Of a DNA stretch of 64,000 nucleotides, positions 60,701-64,000 are shown piece by piece; within the stretch, counting starts at the first letter, position 1; each line of letters begins with the position of its first letter. The translations under genes were made by a program, and so were the position numbers. The notes below the pieces were generated by a model. It searched no databases. It was not told the origin of the DNA and worked only from the letters and a program-made list of their open reading frames with translations. The DNA comes from Haplodiscus bocki (Eukaryota), in NCBI GenBank assembly GCA_965655095.1, contig OZ296648.1, positions 102,238,001 to 102,302,000 of the forward strand. The letters are read 5' to 3'.

Positions 60701-61809
60701 CATCATAGGCATAATTCACTACGGGGATATTATCCGCAGGGCTAAAAATAGAAGTTTAAATGCCACCAAAAAACCTCAAAAAAAATCAAAATCACCCAAA
60801 AAAAACTTCCAAAATGAACTAAAATTTTTGCACTGATAAGAAACTTTGTAGACCAACCTCACACTCCAAACTTAAAAACACTAAAAACTCCCAAAATACT
60901 TTCTCAACTCAGTCATACTTCTTACGGCAGGCTTGACCGTAATTTCAACATGTAAAATCATCTAAAAATCACGTTAAACTTTCATTGTTCAAAAAGCATT
61001 TGAACACGCTAGTTTTTACGTTCTATACAAAAAATTTTTGTACTATACACCTCGTCGGCAAAACCGATTGTTCGCTGCACAAACAATTTTCTTGCTGTAA
61101 ACAATTCGCGTCCTTTTTAAACTAAAAACTTATGCACACACACGTTTTATACCATTAAAAAAATCAATTCAAACCAAGAAGAAGAAAAGTGTTATTTTTT
61201 TCCTGCGAGGTTATGTAGTAGTAAAAAGACAAAGTGTTTTTTCTCTACATAAAAACTGCACCGTTCGAGAATGTTAATATTAGAAGCATATATTCATTTT
61301 CAACTGCTCTAATTTCGCCTCCACATAGCATTGTGGTATAATCATTGACAAAAGTTAAGGCATTTGGACCGAATGACTTCATTCCAGCATTTATCTTTGA
61401 GCTGTGTGAACGCCTCTTTGTCTTTGATATATACTGCATTTGTTTTATAGTGGAACTGTCTGATATCATGAAACCTTGGAAATGGTGAATTGATTGATGG
61501 GGAACTTCACCGGGAATGCTCACTCGAACATGCTTGAAAGAGAATGAATTAAACTTGGCCAGTGATGTTTTCAAATTTTTTAGTCTGTCTTTAAAAAACC
61601 TTAAAGTCAAAAACCCTAAATCTGATAATTGAAAAATCCTTTCATTTACAAATATAACACATAAATGGAGTATACATTCTGCACAAACTGTGGTTTGCAA
61701 CAAGAAAAATCTAATAAATTAACCATTAATAAACTTCTAAACCTTTGGCCGCAAGCAAAGAATACTACCAGCAAAAGTTTGAAGTTTTATTGAATCTAAA
61801 TGAAAGCAA

Positions 61810-62165
61810 ATGTCTGTTTGTTTGTTTGTTTGTTAGCAGGATCTCTCGTAAACTACTGGTCGGATTTAGATGAAATTTGGTGAGCAGGGAGGTAATGATC
61901 ATAGAAAGACCGAGTTCAAAGTTGGGCGTGATCCGCATTGAAACCCGGATCTGAGAACCGGATCAATGTTTCTCTTAAAGTACTTGTCGGATTTTGATGA
62001 AATTTGGTGAGTAGGAAGGCAATGACCATAGCAAGAACGAGTTCAAAGTTGGGCGTGATCCGGATTGAAATCCTGATCTGAGATCCGGATCGATGTCGGG
62101 GGTTAAACATAACACAACCGTAAAAGCTTCCATTCACGGCTAATTTAAAAGATTACGAGAGAAAA
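61810..62165. mobile_element. DINE-1/HINE-like (Helentron-associated) non-autonomous element with a 127-bp internal duplication
   Basis: GTCT(GTTT)n microsatellite followed by a CGGATTT.GATGAAATTTGG core repeated at 61861 and 61988, with a partial third core (CGGCTAATTTAAAA) near 62137. Confidence 0.55.
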
Positions 62166-64000
62166 TGCACCTGCTTAACTTACCGGGTAATCAATGTCAA
62201 AAGTGTGATACTGGATCAATGTAGTTTTTGGCAGGTGATTGCCTTTGGTGATCCAGAAGGCAGCTTTTTCCTTTGTACAGAGATCGAGACTAATCCGATA
62301 TGAAATGTCCGTGGAAATGACTACTTTGGCGGGAGTGCTTTTATGTATTGCATCCTGTGTTTTATTAATTATGAAAGCCTGCAAGCTTGATTAGGAAATC
62401 CGGATACATGACATCGGTCACAAGTCAGCCATTGTACACAAATGTTATAAAGATCATTAGGACACTATTTACATTCCTGATAATTTCGGACCTGTCGCCA
62501 TCACCTCAGGACTAAAACTGCAAGCTTTTTTCATGGAGTAACATATCCTGACACCACAAAACAACTTACATCCTATCAGACATCCACGTACTGGCATTCT
62601 ACTAGTTTTCTGAAGCCGGACTAAAAGTGCTGACTAAGTTGTTTGATGGCTCAGGCATATTTATTTCTGACATCACAAAAAATGCGAACATCCTGATTAC
62701 TTATTTTGACGTGTCATGAAATTTCATGTTGCAAGTATGAACTGCTGATGTCAGCAAAAAACCGCTGACTATACAATTTTGTAGCAATGGAAATGTTCGT
62801 CGTGTTTAATTTTCCCCTTTTTTGCTCCCTAGACAGTTTTGCTAGTCATTTATTTCGCAATTTTGTTCAGTTGAACACAATCAAGAAAAAACAAGGGCTT
62901 TCGCGGGATCTGCGCCCTCCGAGTGCCAAACACACGAAGGTGATTGCAATATTCATCTTTTCCTGGGATAACTATCCAATTAAAGCTTTAACAAAATTAT
63001 GGTAAAATTCAACCTAGTGAAAATTAGAAAAACAACATTTTGTGAAATATTGAACGATGGGAACGAAGATTTTTTTCAATTTCTTCTTTTAATTGAAGGA
63101 TTAATGCTTTTTTTTAGAACAAAGATCTAAAACAAGGAATCTTGACGCTAAATTATATTCAAGTCCTTATAAAAAAGATCTATTGCCTGAACTTATGAAA
63201 AATAAATCTAAAAATCTAAAACTAACACGAAAAAAAATTAGCGCAGCAAGTAGGTTTTTAAGATTCAACAATTGAAAGATACAGAGACGAAAAGAACATG
63301 CCTAGTCGTTATAGCGGAAAAAATACGAAAGTGAAAAAAATGAGCTCCCAAAATGGTTCTATAACTGTCAAAAGCGGAACGTGTGCGAATGAGAATGCGA
63401 ATCTTTCTGGTAAAGTTTTATTTTATAAAGCTTTTGAAATAACTAATTTAGTGAACTTACACAATCAAATAAAAACAATCCAAAAATAACACGATAAAGG
63501 AGGATATTCCAATAAAGATTCCAGTCAATCACATAGAACTCAATTTCAAATAGAGCAACAAACTTCAATCCAAAGAAGAAAATATGACCGACCATTAGCA
63601 GCAATTGGGTGAGACTATTGAAGGTATGGACAAAGAAATTAAACTCATTTTAATGTGTGTTAGCCTACCTATATGAAAAATTTCAAACTATTGAATTGTT
63701 TTTCGAAGAATTATTTCTGGAAGAAGGAGATTTCTAATCTACTTTAAAACAATCTTAACCAGATGATGAAATGATAACGAGAACAAAAACTATATGTGAG
63801 AAATATATCATAACCAATGGAAACGAACTAACAATGATGTATGTAGGAAACAATATTTATTTTTTTTGACAGGTATTATTCACCATTTTAATTATGCATT
63901 TAATTCTGCATTTGTTATCAAGCCAATTTATTCTTACAGTAAAGCTAGTTTCACATGGAAAACTGGTCCAGAATATACTGGAGCAGAGTTAAATTTTTGA

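Noticed and set aside
58400-61703. Several minus-strand ORFs (including 152 aa at 61245-61703) and a Cys-containing fragment near 60119-60382 vaguely like a piggyBac C-terminus
   Set aside because: No catalytic motifs, TIRs or TTAA-bounded ends could be established.
1-64000. CRISPR arrays, rRNA/tRNA genes, prokaryotic operons
   Set aside because: None seen; the window is eukaryotic, with spliceosomal introns and eukaryotic TEs.

Overview
AT-rich eukaryotic DNA, most likely from an invertebrate animal, dominated by decayed transposable elements around three intact host genes. From left to right: a degenerate Gypsy LTR pol remnant (~0.2-3 kb); a degenerate CR1/L2-type LINE with a PHD remnant (+, ~6.7-10.4 kb); a second degenerate LINE (-, ~11.3-14.5 kb); a 5'-truncated CRE-clade RT + restriction-like-endonuclease retroelement (-, 19.7-21.7 kb); a MULE transposon with a 9-bp TSD (21760-23635); two tandem, diverged ERH paralogues (one with an intronless CDS, one with an intron), each preceded by a shared ~350-bp upstream block; and a 6-exon BPNT2/IMPAD1 (Golgi PAP phosphatase) gene (29157-54779). 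BPNT2 intron 2 (19.65 kb) holds a hAT transposon, a degenerate ~170-bp satellite and a full-length 14.3-kb Polinton/Maverick (adintovirus-like endogenous virus, 34861-49197). The Polinton has AGTAGT TIRs, a 6-bp TSD, pPolB, ATPase, penton, hexon, adenain and core protein, most of them disrupted. The most notable features are the Polinton integrase, which appears to carry an N-terminal PHD finger instead of a C-terminal chromodomain, a divergent PLA2-like ORF and an unknown 283-aa ORF in the same element, and the ERH pair with its unexpectedly conserved upstream block. All calls come from reading motifs by eye; no database searches were run.
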